Below are positions 9,601 through 18,534 of a stretch of DNA of 64,000 bases, piece after piece. The notes under the pieces are model-generated. The model was not told the DNA's origin, made no database searches, and saw only the letters and a program-made list of their open reading frames with translations. This stretch comes from a bacterium (GTDB taxonomy: Archaea; Thermoplasmatota; E2; JACPAO01; JAHFTW01), in NCBI GenBank assembly GCA_040390065.1, contig JAZJZE010000002.1, positions 1-64,000 of the forward strand, read 5' to 3'. The stretch's first letter is position 1. Each line of letters starts with the position of its first letter. The position numbers and the translations under genes are program-made.

Positions 9601-12600
9601 ATCACGGACGCGCACGAACGCGTCATACGATTCGAATACGACCACGAAAAACTCGTCACAATCACGAACCACGACGGTCACCAAACACTCCTGGAGTACG
9701 ACGCTGCCGGCGACCTGGCGCTAATCGCGTTTCCCGAAACGTATCATGAATTCACGTACGAGGCCCACAACCTGAAAACCGCAAAGGACAGCCCCTTGGT
9801 GCCGACGGTCAGCTTCCCGTACATGAGCATCGAATACAAGGCTTCGAGAGTATTCACCCAGACGGCGCTGGACGGTGGATTCTACCAATTCGATTACTAT
9901 CCGGAATCCACGAAGACGACGGTGAAGGACCCCGACAACAACAAGGTCGACTGGACTTACAAGAGCGCAGTCCTGCCCGTGCCAACCTCGAAGGCAACGT
10001 ACCGCGGCAGCGCCCAGCCCGGTCCCGCGACGATTTACGACTCTAATGCGAACCTGGAAATCATCCTTATCCAAAACCCCGACAAGACCGGCCAGAAGTT
10101 CGTGTTTGAACCGAGTCCGACCACGCCAACCGCGCGCGGCAACCTGCGCGAATCGCACGAGCTCTCAGCGGGAGCAGCCTTAGTCACGACGTTCACGTAC
10201 GAGAACACGTTCCAGGGCCTGAAAACGATGACCGCGCCAGAAGGCAACGACCCGACCTTCGTTCCCCCGAACGGCGGCGCCAACTTCCCGGGCCGCTACA
10301 CGACGACGTACGTGTACGGCCAGGAGGAGGTGGCCGTGGACCTCAACGGCGATGGCGCACTCGGTACTCCTGCGGGTCACGTCATTGTCGTCAACCACCC
10401 GACAAACAATCCTGTCTCGGCCTCGCCGCAGCCGCAGGTTGAGAAATTCGCCTACAATGCGCGGGGTCAAGTCACGAAGCACATGGCTCTGGATGGGATG
10501 ATTTGGAAGACCATCTACCGCGATGCCACAACCAGCGACGGCGCCAAGGGCACAGTGGCGAATACCATCCAGCTTGGCAGCGACGGGACAATGGTTGACC
10601 CCTCGTACACGTACGATGGCTCCGGCAACCTTGCCACCTACACGGATGAAGCCGGGCAAGTCACCACATACGAGCGCGACATCGTGGGACGCCCCACGAA
10701 GATTCTGCTGCCAGGCCCGCTGCATGGGGAACTCCAGTTCACGTATGACGAACGCGGAAACGTCCTGTCCAAAAAGGCCCTCAACGTCTTCATGAAACCG
10801 GACGGCACGATTTCGAAGGATTCGTCGGCCCCCTTCATCACGGACACATTCGCGTACGACGCCATGGGCCAGAAGACCGATGAATGGCTGTCGGCGGCCC
10901 GCCCCGCAGGAGCCCCCGCCAGTTCCTTGCCGGCGACGATTCACCGAGAATTCGGGTACGACTTGAACGGCAACCTCGCCCTCATCCGGGAAACCACATC
11001 CGCGGAAGGAACCGATGCCAACGACGCCACGACGCTAATCTACGACGAGGAGAACCGCGTGGTCGCCACCACGACGGGAGGCCTGAATCCCATCTTCAGC
11101 CACGTCCCCGGCAACGCCAACATCCCCGTCGCCGACATCAACGACCCCTTCACGCTGTTCCTCCACGATTCCCCCGCACCGCATGCCATAGCGACCTGCG
11201 TGGCGACGCCACCTGGTGTAGCCATGTTCTCGTGCGCGAGTCCGTTTGCATGCGTCGATTGCCCTTCCAATCTGGGTTGCACGAATCTTCCACCGCTGCC
11301 TTCGGCGTGTGCGCCGAGCCTGGTCTGCGCTAGCGGCGGTTTGACCGGTTGGAGCAATCCCGTGGACGTCACGATTGCCCCGCCGACGGTCACCGTGAAT
11401 CCGCCGTCGTGCGTGGCAACGGCATTGCAGAATTCGATGAGCCCTGCGTGGCCGACGAACGTGCGGCCGAAAACGGATCCGCCGCTTGTGCCGACGGCAG
11501 TGGCAAGCTCGGGTGCGCGCCTGGTTGCCTCCAATACGCCGCTTCAACAAGCTGCGGTATCCTGGACCTATGATGGGGCCATCAACAAGCAGAATGTCCG
11601 GATCGGATTGCAATTCTGGGCGATGCAGGCCGACTCGACGACGGCACCCAACACATGGATTGCCCGCCTGTATCAAGGCAGCACGCTCGTGGCCTCCAAT
11701 GACGTGACCACCGGGACGACCTTCCCCACCTGGCCCGTCGGCGAAGTCCACGAGTACCGCATCGCCATGGGCACCGCCACTATGACTGGGGCCAATTGGC
11801 GCCTCGAACTCGAAGCCGTCGGAGGCCAACCGGGACGCCTCATCCTCTTCGATTCACCCGAGGCGCCGTCGCGCCTGGAAATCGGCAACGCCGTGACTAC
11901 GACGACGGAGTACGACGATAATGGCCGCGTCGCCATGACGACGGACGGCAACGGCGCCCAGACGTACTACGAGTACGACGCGTTCGGTCGCCCAACCACG
12001 ACCAGGACGTCAACCGGAACCTCGACCGTGTCGACGTACGACGCCAGCGGACGCGTCGTCATGCAGGAAACCCGCGGACCCTTGAACGGAGTGGGTTGGC
12101 ACACCACGCCTGGCGCCAGCGTCCTTCTGGAGCGGTCCCGGTTCCTCTTTGATGAGGCTGGCCGCATGTTCCAATCCGATGTCGCGCGCTTCGACCCGGC
12201 CACCGGGACCCCGCTGCCAGATGCAGGCCTTACCCCCGGCGACGGTTACGCCACGACCAAGTACGAGTTCGACGCCGCCGGCCGAGTCACGCGAGAAACG
12301 CAGGACAATGGCGGCGCCCATGACTTCACCTACAATGGCCTGGGGCAACTCGCAACGGAGACCAACGCGGGCGGAACGACGACGGAGTACACATACGACG
12401 CCCTCGGGCAAGTCACGCGGAAGGACGTCACAGATACCCGCCCGAACTCCGCCCACAATTGGGCATTCGACCCAGTGACAATGACGACGCTCTACGACTA
12501 TGACGTGGACGGCCACGTCATCCGCGTCACAGATGATGGCGGAAACACGCACCGCGCCGGCTACGATTCCATGGGCAACCTGGCCTGGGAAATGGACGCC

Positions 12601-15309
12601 CAAGGCGAACTAGCCTCAGATCCAACGAATCGCTACGGCGGCAACATCAACAAGAACGGCAACCTCGTCACCTACCTCTACGATGCCCAGGGACGCCTCA
12701 TCCAGACGGACCGGGAACTGCACGCCGACGGCACCGCCCAATCATCCCTTGCGGGTCACATCAAGACGTGGCAGGAATGGGACCCCGACGGCCGCCTTGC
12801 TTCCCAAACGGATGATGCCGGCCACAAGACCACGTACACATACGACCACCAAGGCAAGCGCATCATCGAGGCCTTCGCCGACGGCACACAGACCAGGTAC
12901 TGGTACGACGCAGACGGCAACCTGGTGCGGAAGACGGACGCCAGCGGCAACACCATCGCCGTCACGTACGTAGAGGATCAGGCAGTCCGCGTCGCGGTGA
13001 CGGGACCCACCACTCGGTCCACGTTGCAGCTCTTCGAGTACGATGGAGCCGGCCACGTCACTAGGGCATTCGACAACAACGACCCCGCCACCACGGCGGA
13101 CGATGCCGCGGACACCATGGCTTACGACTCCATGGGCCATGTCACCTCCGAAGTGCAAGCCGGCAAGTCAGTCTCGCGCACGTTTGACGGCTTGGGGCAT
13201 CCTTTGACGCTCACGTACCCAAATGGACGAACCATCACCAAGACATACGACGGACTGGGGCGCCTGACACAGGTCACGGAACCCTACGACGCGGCCGTCC
13301 CATCCAATTACGGAATCCAGCATTATCTCTACGGGTCGGCGCGCCTGTTTGCAAAAGGAGTCGGCGTCGAGGCCATCGATTCCGCCTACGGCACCTCACC
13401 GCACAAGATGAGCTTCGCGTACGACGCGAATGGCCGCCTCTCAGGCATGAAGGGCCAGGGCTTCGACTTTGTTTACACGTACGATCGGGCAGGCCAAGTC
13501 GTTGGCGAGAAAACGGGCCATGCGCCCAACTTCAGCCGCCAAAACGTCTACGACTCCGTCGGGCGACTCCGGCAGTCAACGTGGGGCAACTTCGCCAACC
13601 TCCCGTTTGGCTCGTGGAACACGATGGCGCCAGCCGCGGGCGGCTTGCCGGATGCCACGGAGTATGGATTGGATTCCACGAATGCCTGGAGGACCGTAAA
13701 CACGACGACGGCCTCCACGATGGCAACGGAGACGCGTTCGTACGGCGTCATGGGCCAAGTGGGTTCCTCCACGACGGGCGGGGGCGCCTTCACGTACGCC
13801 TACAATGCTGCCGGCAATCGTCTCGATGACGGGCAACACAGGTACACGTGGGACGGATTCAATCGGCTACGCACAGTCTCGGACAAGATGACTGGAGCCC
13901 TGCAGGCCACGTACAATTATGACGCCTTCAACCGTCGCGTTGCCAAGGTTTTGCCCTTGGCAACGACCACGTTCACGTACGATGGCGTCAACGTCATCCA
14001 AGAGGACAATGGCCTTGGCGTCCTGCTGCGGCAATTCGTGCACGGCGACCACGTGGACGAACCCCTCATCATGGACACGAACGTGAATGGCGACGCATCC
14101 GCCGTCGGCGTCTTGGACGAGCGGCGCGCCTTCGTGCAGGACCGCCTCGGAAACGTTGTGGCGCTCCTGAGACCCTTTTCCGGGACGGGCTGGGTCCCCG
14201 CGGAAGTGTACGCCTACGATGCGTACGGGAGTCGCATCGTCATCCAAGCCGGCCTTGATGGCTTCATATCGTGGGGCTACGACGACATAGCATCGACGAC
14301 GTCCGCGTCTGGCAACCTGTACGCCTACACGGGGCAACGATTCGACCCGGAGAGCGGCTTGTACTATTACCGCGCCCGATACTATGACGCGGCGGCCGGC
14401 CAATTCCTCAGCCGCGACCCGATTGGAATCTGGGGTGACGCCAGTGCATCGGGGAATGGGTACGCATATGTTGGATCAAACCCCATTTCCTTTACTGACC
14501 CGTCAGGCCTCATGTGTACGGCTGCGCAATATTCTGACACGTGTTTTAGCCAATGCAATGACCTCAACCCGTGTGGTCTGCCGGCTCCGGGGACGAGCAC
14601 GTACCACGACGCATGGATGGACGTGCCGAGTTGTGGCCGTCCGCATGGATTGTCGCCGGATGCCGCCCGGGAGTGCGCCGCGCGCGACCCGGTTGGGAAT
14701 GGGCAGGTCGGAACGGTGATTCTGCAGGTGACGGGGGAGACGACGATTGCAATCGCGCAAGCTGGGTATCGGGAATTTGGATGCTTCATGGCTGAACATT
14801 GCGATCCGTGGGGGACGCCTGGGGGCCGGCTGGATTTCGTTCTTGGGTTTGCGCTTCCGGGGTTGTTTGCCGAATCGGAGGGCCTCACGGCCTCCTACGC
14901 AATTGACGACGCCCTAGCATATCGGGTCGGTCGACCCACCGGCTTTTGGGCCGACACGAGCGGCGAGTTGTTCCCCCGCATTGCGGCGGGGGAGGCTTCT
15001 ATCGGGACACAAGCCGAAGCTGCTGCGTTGATGCGCGCCAGCACTCCTGCCCGCTACGTGGTCAACGGCGAGGTTCAACTCGGAAAGTTCGGAGAGGACA
15101 TGGGCTGGGGCTCGGGAAACGCTGAAGCCAGGTCAAGGATGGGCACCATCACTGCCCAAGAGGCCCGCGGGCTGGGCCTGAATGCAGACATGGCCCGGGG
15201 CTGGGCCCGCGCATATGATGCAACGGCTAGACTATACCCCGCAAATCCCAGTGCGGCTGGGCGGGCCGAACTCATGTGGCATGTGTATGGACTTCTAGGG
15301 GGCGTTTGA
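6700..15309 (+). CDS. Secreted RHS/YD-repeat polymorphic toxin with FN3 repeats and a C-terminal toxin region
   Basis: Signal peptide (..LVLLTPHASA), several FN3 units, many YD repeats, core motif YTGQRFDPESGLYYYRARYYD..FLSRDPIG..PISFTDPSGL (DPSGL at 14497-14511). The exact start is uncertain. Confidence 0.95.
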   Translation: MTNAPSVNPAPGSVFVRPPLAGFVNPGTQANLERQAGGNRAANRLIRALPLVALCLAALVLLTPHASADTPAPFLQAPGAGTELSSPISFTWDAVTDGDAGQISSWISVVGPSGDDHLCTSAIGTPGTAKTFSCSLPLAPGSYTWTATAHDADGNCSDCDALAYNGPAAFSVLPPPAPPTCSPGSQNVYTDTWAYFSATAGTGTYEWAAPGALSTNAGGTSAGFSALYSTEGTFVTAVTSGEASANCTVIVTTAPPELVCDPREQNVMVGTIAHFTAYGGTASKTWTSAGSPASGSGSTFDTTFATSGGQSVGVTSAGMSSACAVTVTPGPPPPPPPAWVDWVSLECKDAPGRITFKWLSNRATVALYRGTSVSTLAPWQSLTGSQFIYTYPSSEYGHFYYYQLRAGSDTDTRSIYVCREPDKPTGIQAEAGAGQGAIRVYWPPTGNGWLGPVKYSLYRAPEESGTYTLIKSGISGTEWTDDGMMDNTVMYYKVTATNPAGTSAASLPVMGKTRPPPGPVENFHTAPGNKQITLSWTIPAGRPPIVFYQLEAKQPDGDEVLLSVPQGAPPYVHTGLQNDDAWTYELRPYSATGPWEPAFTTGKTFGVPDAPIHFHGEGGPAVGQIKTTWSAGYDGGFAIEKYRLYRNTVNDAATATPVDWIYGLTSPNYVDAGLTGGTTYHYFVSAWNEAGEGKKAHVSANAPEPPSPPRQLNAMPSGANAKLDWLPPAWNGGSALAHYSIWQSVDGTTFTLVATTTTAATLTYTSTCASCTFHVTATNAVGLESQPSNDAKLTDPVFTPESIRGTTPGSGIGLFQAFPCVDADKGTVNVVSGQFVGSVCLLNDPSAYPGLDVAVIATHRSNSKSSDFIGKNWYLSVARSVVDAGGTWTLMDGTGRADAFPGAGPTYDSPPGFYEKLTDDPATGGKILEHVGGTKEYFNADGLRTRIEDVSGNKVQFTYDSSKKLYEITDAHERVIRFEYDHEKLVTITNHDGHQTLLEYDAAGDLALIAFPETYHEFTYEAHNLKTAKDSPLVPTVSFPYMSIEYKASRVFTQTALDGGFYQFDYYPESTKTTVKDPDNNKVDWTYKSAVLPVPTSKATYRGSAQPGPATIYDSNANLEIILIQNPDKTGQKFVFEPSPTTPTARGNLRESHELSAGAALVTTFTYENTFQGLKTMTAPEGNDPTFVPPNGGANFPGRYTTTYVYGQEEVAVDLNGDGALGTPAGHVIVVNHPTNNPVSASPQPQVEKFAYNARGQVTKHMALDGMIWKTIYRDATTSDGAKGTVANTIQLGSDGTMVDPSYTYDGSGNLATYTDEAGQVTTYERDIVGRPTKILLPGPLHGELQFTYDERGNVLSKKALNVFMKPDGTISKDSSAPFITDTFAYDAMGQKTDEWLSAARPAGAPASSLPATIHREFGYDLNGNLALIRETTSAEGTDANDATTLIYDEENRVVATTTGGLNPIFSHVPGNANIPVADINDPFTLFLHDSPAPHAIATCVATPPGVAMFSCASPFACVDCPSNLGCTNLPPLPSACAPSLVCASGGLTGWSNPVDVTIAPPTVTVNPPSCVATALQNSMSPAWPTNVRPKTDPPLVPTAVASSGARLVASNTPLQQAAVSWTYDGAINKQNVRIGLQFWAMQADSTTAPNTWIARLYQGSTLVASNDVTTGTTFPTWPVGEVHEYRIAMGTATMTGANWRLELEAVGGQPGRLILFDSPEAPSRLEIGNAVTTTTEYDDNGRVAMTTDGNGAQTYYEYDAFGRPTTTRTSTGTSTVSTYDASGRVVMQETRGPLNGVGWHTTPGASVLLERSRFLFDEAGRMFQSDVARFDPATGTPLPDAGLTPGDGYATTKYEFDAAGRVTRETQDNGGAHDFTYNGLGQLATETNAGGTTTEYTYDALGQVTRKDVTDTRPNSAHNWAFDPVTMTTLYDYDVDGHVIRVTDDGGNTHRAGYDSMGNLAWEMDAQGELASDPTNRYGGNINKNGNLVTYLYDAQGRLIQTDRELHADGTAQSSLAGHIKTWQEWDPDGRLASQTDDAGHKTTYTYDHQGKRIIEAFADGTQTRYWYDADGNLVRKTDASGNTIAVTYVEDQAVRVAVTGPTTRSTLQLFEYDGAGHVTRAFDNNDPATTADDAADTMAYDSMGHVTSEVQAGKSVSRTFDGLGHPLTLTYPNGRTITKTYDGLGRLTQVTEPYDAAVPSNYGIQHYLYGSARLFAKGVGVEAIDSAYGTSPHKMSFAYDANGRLSGMKGQGFDFVYTYDRAGQVVGEKTGHAPNFSRQNVYDSVGRLRQSTWGNFANLPFGSWNTMAPAAGGLPDATEYGLDSTNAWRTVNTTTASTMATETRSYGVMGQVGSSTTGGGAFTYAYNAAGNRLDDGQHRYTWDGFNRLRTVSDKMTGALQATYNYDAFNRRVAKVLPLATTTFTYDGVNVIQEDNGLGVLLRQFVHGDHVDEPLIMDTNVNGDASAVGVLDERRAFVQDRLGNVVALLRPFSGTGWVPAEVYAYDAYGSRIVIQAGLDGFISWGYDDIASTTSASGNLYAYTGQRFDPESGLYYYRARYYDAAAGQFLSRDPIGIWGDASASGNGYAYVGSNPISFTDPSGLMCTAAQYSDTCFSQCNDLNPCGLPAPGTSTYHDAWMDVPSCGRPHGLSPDAARECAARDPVGNGQVGTVILQVTGETTIAIAQAGYREFGCFMAEHCDPWGTPGGRLDFVLGFALPGLFAESEGLTASYAIDDALAYRVGRPTGFWADTSGELFPRIAAGEASIGTQAEAAALMRASTPARYVVNGEVQLGKFGEDMGWGSGNAEARSRMGTITAQEARGLGLNADMARGWARAYDATARLYPANPSAAGRAELMWHVYGLLGGV

Positions 15310-15311
15310 AG

Positions 15312-15575
15312 ATGGCCCAGAAAATCCGTCTCAACAATCAAACCAACGACGAGATGCAGCTTTGGCTGGAACCTCTTGGGGATATGGTGCGCTGGCCGCC
15401 GCACACGGCCTTGGACTTGATTGGGTCAGGGGAATTCGAAGGCGTGGCACAGGAAGTTCGCCTTGCGCCTGGCCGGATTACCGTCTATGGCTGGGTTGAC
15501 CAAATCCTCCTTATCAAGGAGGATGCATCCCCCGTACCCATTTGGCCGCCTCCACCGGCATCTGCCCGGAAATGA
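15312..15575 (+). CDS. Putative immunity protein for the RHS C-terminal toxin
   Basis: 87-aa ORF starting 2 nt after the RHS stop (MAQKIRLNNQTNDEMQLWLEPLGD). Assigned by position. Confidence 0.65.
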   Translation: MAQKIRLNNQTNDEMQLWLEPLGDMVRWPPHTALDLIGSGEFEGVAQEVRLAPGRITVYGWVDQILLIKEDASPVPIWPPPPASARK

Positions 15576-15898
15576 AAGGACCTGGGGTTCTACCATGGCG
15601 CTGGTGCATAAGAGAGGAATCATGTCCGAGGGGTCCGTGTTGTTCGGCGAACTGCCGCAGACCGTTGTTTGGGATGACCTGACAAATCATCTGACTGCCA
15701 GCCCGTACGACTCGCGGCCGTCGCCGTCCTGGCCATTACGCTTCTGGCGGGCTGCGGAGGGCCTCCACTTCGAAGTGGACGTCCCCCGCTTTGTGGCTGC
15801 CTCGGTAGATTGTCCATGATTGGCCGCGGTGGCGAGTCATCCAATCCTCGGTCTCGGCCGGACAAGCCTTGTAAGGGAGGAACACCGACAGGATTTGC

Positions 15899-16654
15899 AT
15901 GAATTTCCGGGCTGTGGGCCCTGCCGACCGCGAAGAACCTGCTACTGGAGGACGTCCAAGTCCGGCCGGTTCCTTGCGGCTGCAAGCAGGCCAGGACGGC
16001 CGCCGCTTTCACATCCGAGGCTTGGAGACCCCAAACGGCCGTCGGCAAAGGGAGGCCATTGACGTTGTGGCTCGCAGCATCAACGTGGCGCAGGAATCGT
16101 GGCGGCTGGCAATCATTCCCATGTTGACGTTCCTGCGCGTCCTCAACGGGGGGCCACCCGGATTGAGCTTGGAAGGCTCGCGGCGCTTTGACCTCCAAAC
16201 GGCATGGGGTCGGCGCCAACTTGCCAACACGATTGCCGGCAAGGACCCAAAGGCACGCAAGTCCATGCTGGCCCTTCTGGAATCCATGGCAAACCGCATA
16301 CCCAATGGACTTGATTCCAAGGATGTCAGAAATGAACCCATTACGGATGTCGCCCTTGCATCCAGCCACGTTGGTGCCGACGCCCGAAACTACCGCCCAC
16401 TGTACCTCGCCGCCATGACGATCTCCAAGGAATTGCCCAAGGTGCTGCGAGAGTTCCGCAAACAACACGTCGCAAGCGGCGGCAATTGGCCCATGCGGCA
16501 ACGCACAGGCGGCCAATTCATCCAGCAAGCCACGTCGCGCGGTTTCTTCGAGTATGCAGTCAAGCACCGCGCATTCTGGCCCCGTGCCGCCGCTCCCACC
16601 TACATGATGCAGGCACTCGGAATACCCCTCCTTTCGCCAAAGAAGGCCGCATAG
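15899..16654 (+). CDS. Hypothetical protein (element core)
   Basis: 251-aa ORF co-oriented with the ATPase/HUH genes; no recognisable motif. Confidence 0.5.
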   Translation: MNFRAVGPADREEPATGGRPSPAGSLRLQAGQDGRRFHIRGLETPNGRRQREAIDVVARSINVAQESWRLAIIPMLTFLRVLNGGPPGLSLEGSRRFDLQTAWGRRQLANTIAGKDPKARKSMLALLESMANRIPNGLDSKDVRNEPITDVALASSHVGADARNYRPLYLAAMTISKELPKVLREFRKQHVASGGNWPMRQRTGGQFIQQATSRGFFEYAVKHRAFWPRAAAPTYMMQALGIPLLSPKKAA

Positions 16655-16807
16655 AAAGCCGCGAAAATCCACGCGGCCCTCCTGTTGCCTTTGTCCAAAG
16701 CCACGCCCTAACTACCCCGCCTCGGTCAGCGAACGGTAGGCGGCGCCAACCTCCCCCAGGACATCATGCCTGCGCGGGACGTTGGACCAGCCTCGGCACG
16801 GCCCGAC

Positions 16808-17143
16808 ATGAAAGCCCAATACCCTGCCAAGAAACGTGAAGCCCCCGACCACCACGCGCCAAGTGAGGCCCGACGGGAAGCCAATTGCAGGGCCGCCGAC
16901 CCGCTTGGTCGCTGCGTTCTGCAAGTCGTTGCGCAAACCACCATCCGCAGCGGGCCGTGGCTGTGGACGGTGCCGCAAGTCGCGGCCGCCATGGGGCGCG
17001 CCGAGGTGGACGGCATCCAGGACGCCTTGGACATCTTCACGCGGGGCGGCTTGGTCAAGCCGCAATTGCCGTTTCAAGTCACATCGGACGGCTACGTCAG
17101 GTCCCTCGCAACGCCCGACACGGACGCCCCGCAAGCGGAGTGA
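16808..17143 (+). CDS. Hypothetical protein, possible winged helix
   Basis: WTVPQVAAAMG..IQDALDIFTRGGLV..VTSDG pattern. Confidence 0.5.
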   Translation: MKAQYPAKKREAPDHHAPSEARREANCRAADPLGRCVLQVVAQTTIRSGPWLWTVPQVAAAMGRAEVDGIQDALDIFTRGGLVKPQLPFQVTSDGYVRSLATPDTDAPQAE

Positions 17144-17147
17144 CACC

Positions 17148-17315
17148 ATGCAAGTGCAACAAGGGGCCTCGCCCCACCGAGTCCCTTGGGCAATCGCCCG
17201 CGCGCACAACGCATCCGCCTCATTGGCCGCAAATGGGTGCGCCTGGACTCCGCAAGCCGCCGTTCCCGCGGCCGTCACCGTCGACCCCGTTGCGGAACCT
17301 TGCGAGGCCGCGTAA
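17148..17315 (+). CDS. Small hypothetical protein (55 aa)
   Basis: Fills the gap exactly; its TAA overlaps the next ATG (TAATG). Confidence 0.4.
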   Translation: MQVQQGASPHRVPWAIARAHNASASLAANGCAWTPQAAVPAAVTVDPVAEPCEAA

Positions 17316-18532
17316 TGGCCGTCCAAGCAACGGTGCCCTCGCCCGGCGCCCAGGTCCCCGGCCGCGTCGTGGCCAATGCGGGGTGGCTTGGCGAGGGCTT
17401 CTTGCCACGCCATGAAGCCGGCAAGCGCGCTGACCTAGTGCAGCGCTTGTCCCTGGCATACTCCTCGGTCCTGAATACGGCCGTCGAGAACTGGGGCCTC
17501 TGGCACAAGACCACCAAGACCGTCGAGGACTACCTTTGGCGCTACTTCCGCCGCGTCGGCTTGGAAGGCCCTTCGTTTGACGAGCATTCCCTGGCGGCGC
17601 GCTTCACGCCGCTTCTTAGTAGTCCGGTGGGGGCCGAAGCGCATCTGCGCCTTGTCTCTGCGCTCTTGACGGACTTCGGTGAAGACTTGGCCGACCACAT
17701 CCGCTACCGCCTCGAACACCAAGGCAACGTACACTTATCCTTCACGGGACCCACGGGGCTCGGCAAGAGCAGTTGCGCCGTATCGCTCATGGACTGGATT
17801 TCCGAGATTAAGCCTGGCGAACTCGTGAATCACCTGAGCCTGGACATCGGCGACCTGCCCGGCAAACTCCGCGGCAAGCGACCGGGCCAGAGCGTCCTTC
17901 AGGACGAATTCGTGCAAACCGCCGGCGAGGGCTCACGCACCCTGCAGAGCCTCTTCGAGAACCTGGAAGACACCCTGAGGGCCAGCGGCGTGAATCTGTT
18001 CGTGGCAAGTCCCCGCCGGCAGGAGCACGACTCCATGCAAGCCGAATTGGAGTTGATCCTGTGGAATCCCGAGAAGAAGTGGTCCCTGTTTCTCGTCTGG
18101 ATCGCTGGGACACCACACGGTGTTGTGGCCCTACCCTGGATGCGGCCGGCGCTGTACGAGGTGTACAAGCCGTGGAAGCACGCGAACGTCGAGCGCTCAA
18201 GGTCGGGTCACTTCAAGGACCGCACCTTCACCGCCAGAAGCGCCTTGCGCGCCATGGATAACCCGGACTTCATCGAATACCTGGAACTCGTGCAAGGCAA
18301 GCCCACCAAGCAGGACCTCGAGGCCGCCTTGGAGATGTTCCACCCCGAAATGTTAAGCGGCGGCCAAGCGGACCGCATCGTCAACTTCGTCTTCAGGCAC
18401 TGCAAGGGCTTCAAATCCTACGAACCCTCATTTGCGAGGATGTTCGGCGTCGAACCCAACGCCGGCATGCGGCGCCTTGCCGCCAAATTCAATCCCGTCA
18501 GGACGAAGCCAACCCCGCCCCCGGCGGCGTAG
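17315..18532 (+). CDS. P-loop ATPase, FtsK-HerA/Zot/viral packaging-like
   Basis: Walker A GPTGLGKS, Walker B SVLQDE, and LRASGVNLFVASP (arginine followed by a strand). Start reassigned to ATG 17315. Confidence 0.75.
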   Translation: MAVQATVPSPGAQVPGRVVANAGWLGEGFLPRHEAGKRADLVQRLSLAYSSVLNTAVENWGLWHKTTKTVEDYLWRYFRRVGLEGPSFDEHSLAARFTPLLSSPVGAEAHLRLVSALLTDFGEDLADHIRYRLEHQGNVHLSFTGPTGLGKSSCAVSLMDWISEIKPGELVNHLSLDIGDLPGKLRGKRPGQSVLQDEFVQTAGEGSRTLQSLFENLEDTLRASGVNLFVASPRRQEHDSMQAELELILWNPEKKWSLFLVWIAGTPHGVVALPWMRPALYEVYKPWKHANVERSRSGHFKDRTFTARSALRAMDNPDFIEYLELVQGKPTKQDLEAALEMFHPEMLSGGQADRIVNFVFRHCKGFKSYEPSFARMFGVEPNAGMRRLAAKFNPVRTKPTPPPAA

Positions 18533-18534
18533 CG

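Noticed and set aside
15594-15819. Orphan RHS C-terminus/immunity cassette array downstream of the toxin
   Set aside because: Only one short ORF with no RHS core remnant or DPxG motif is present.
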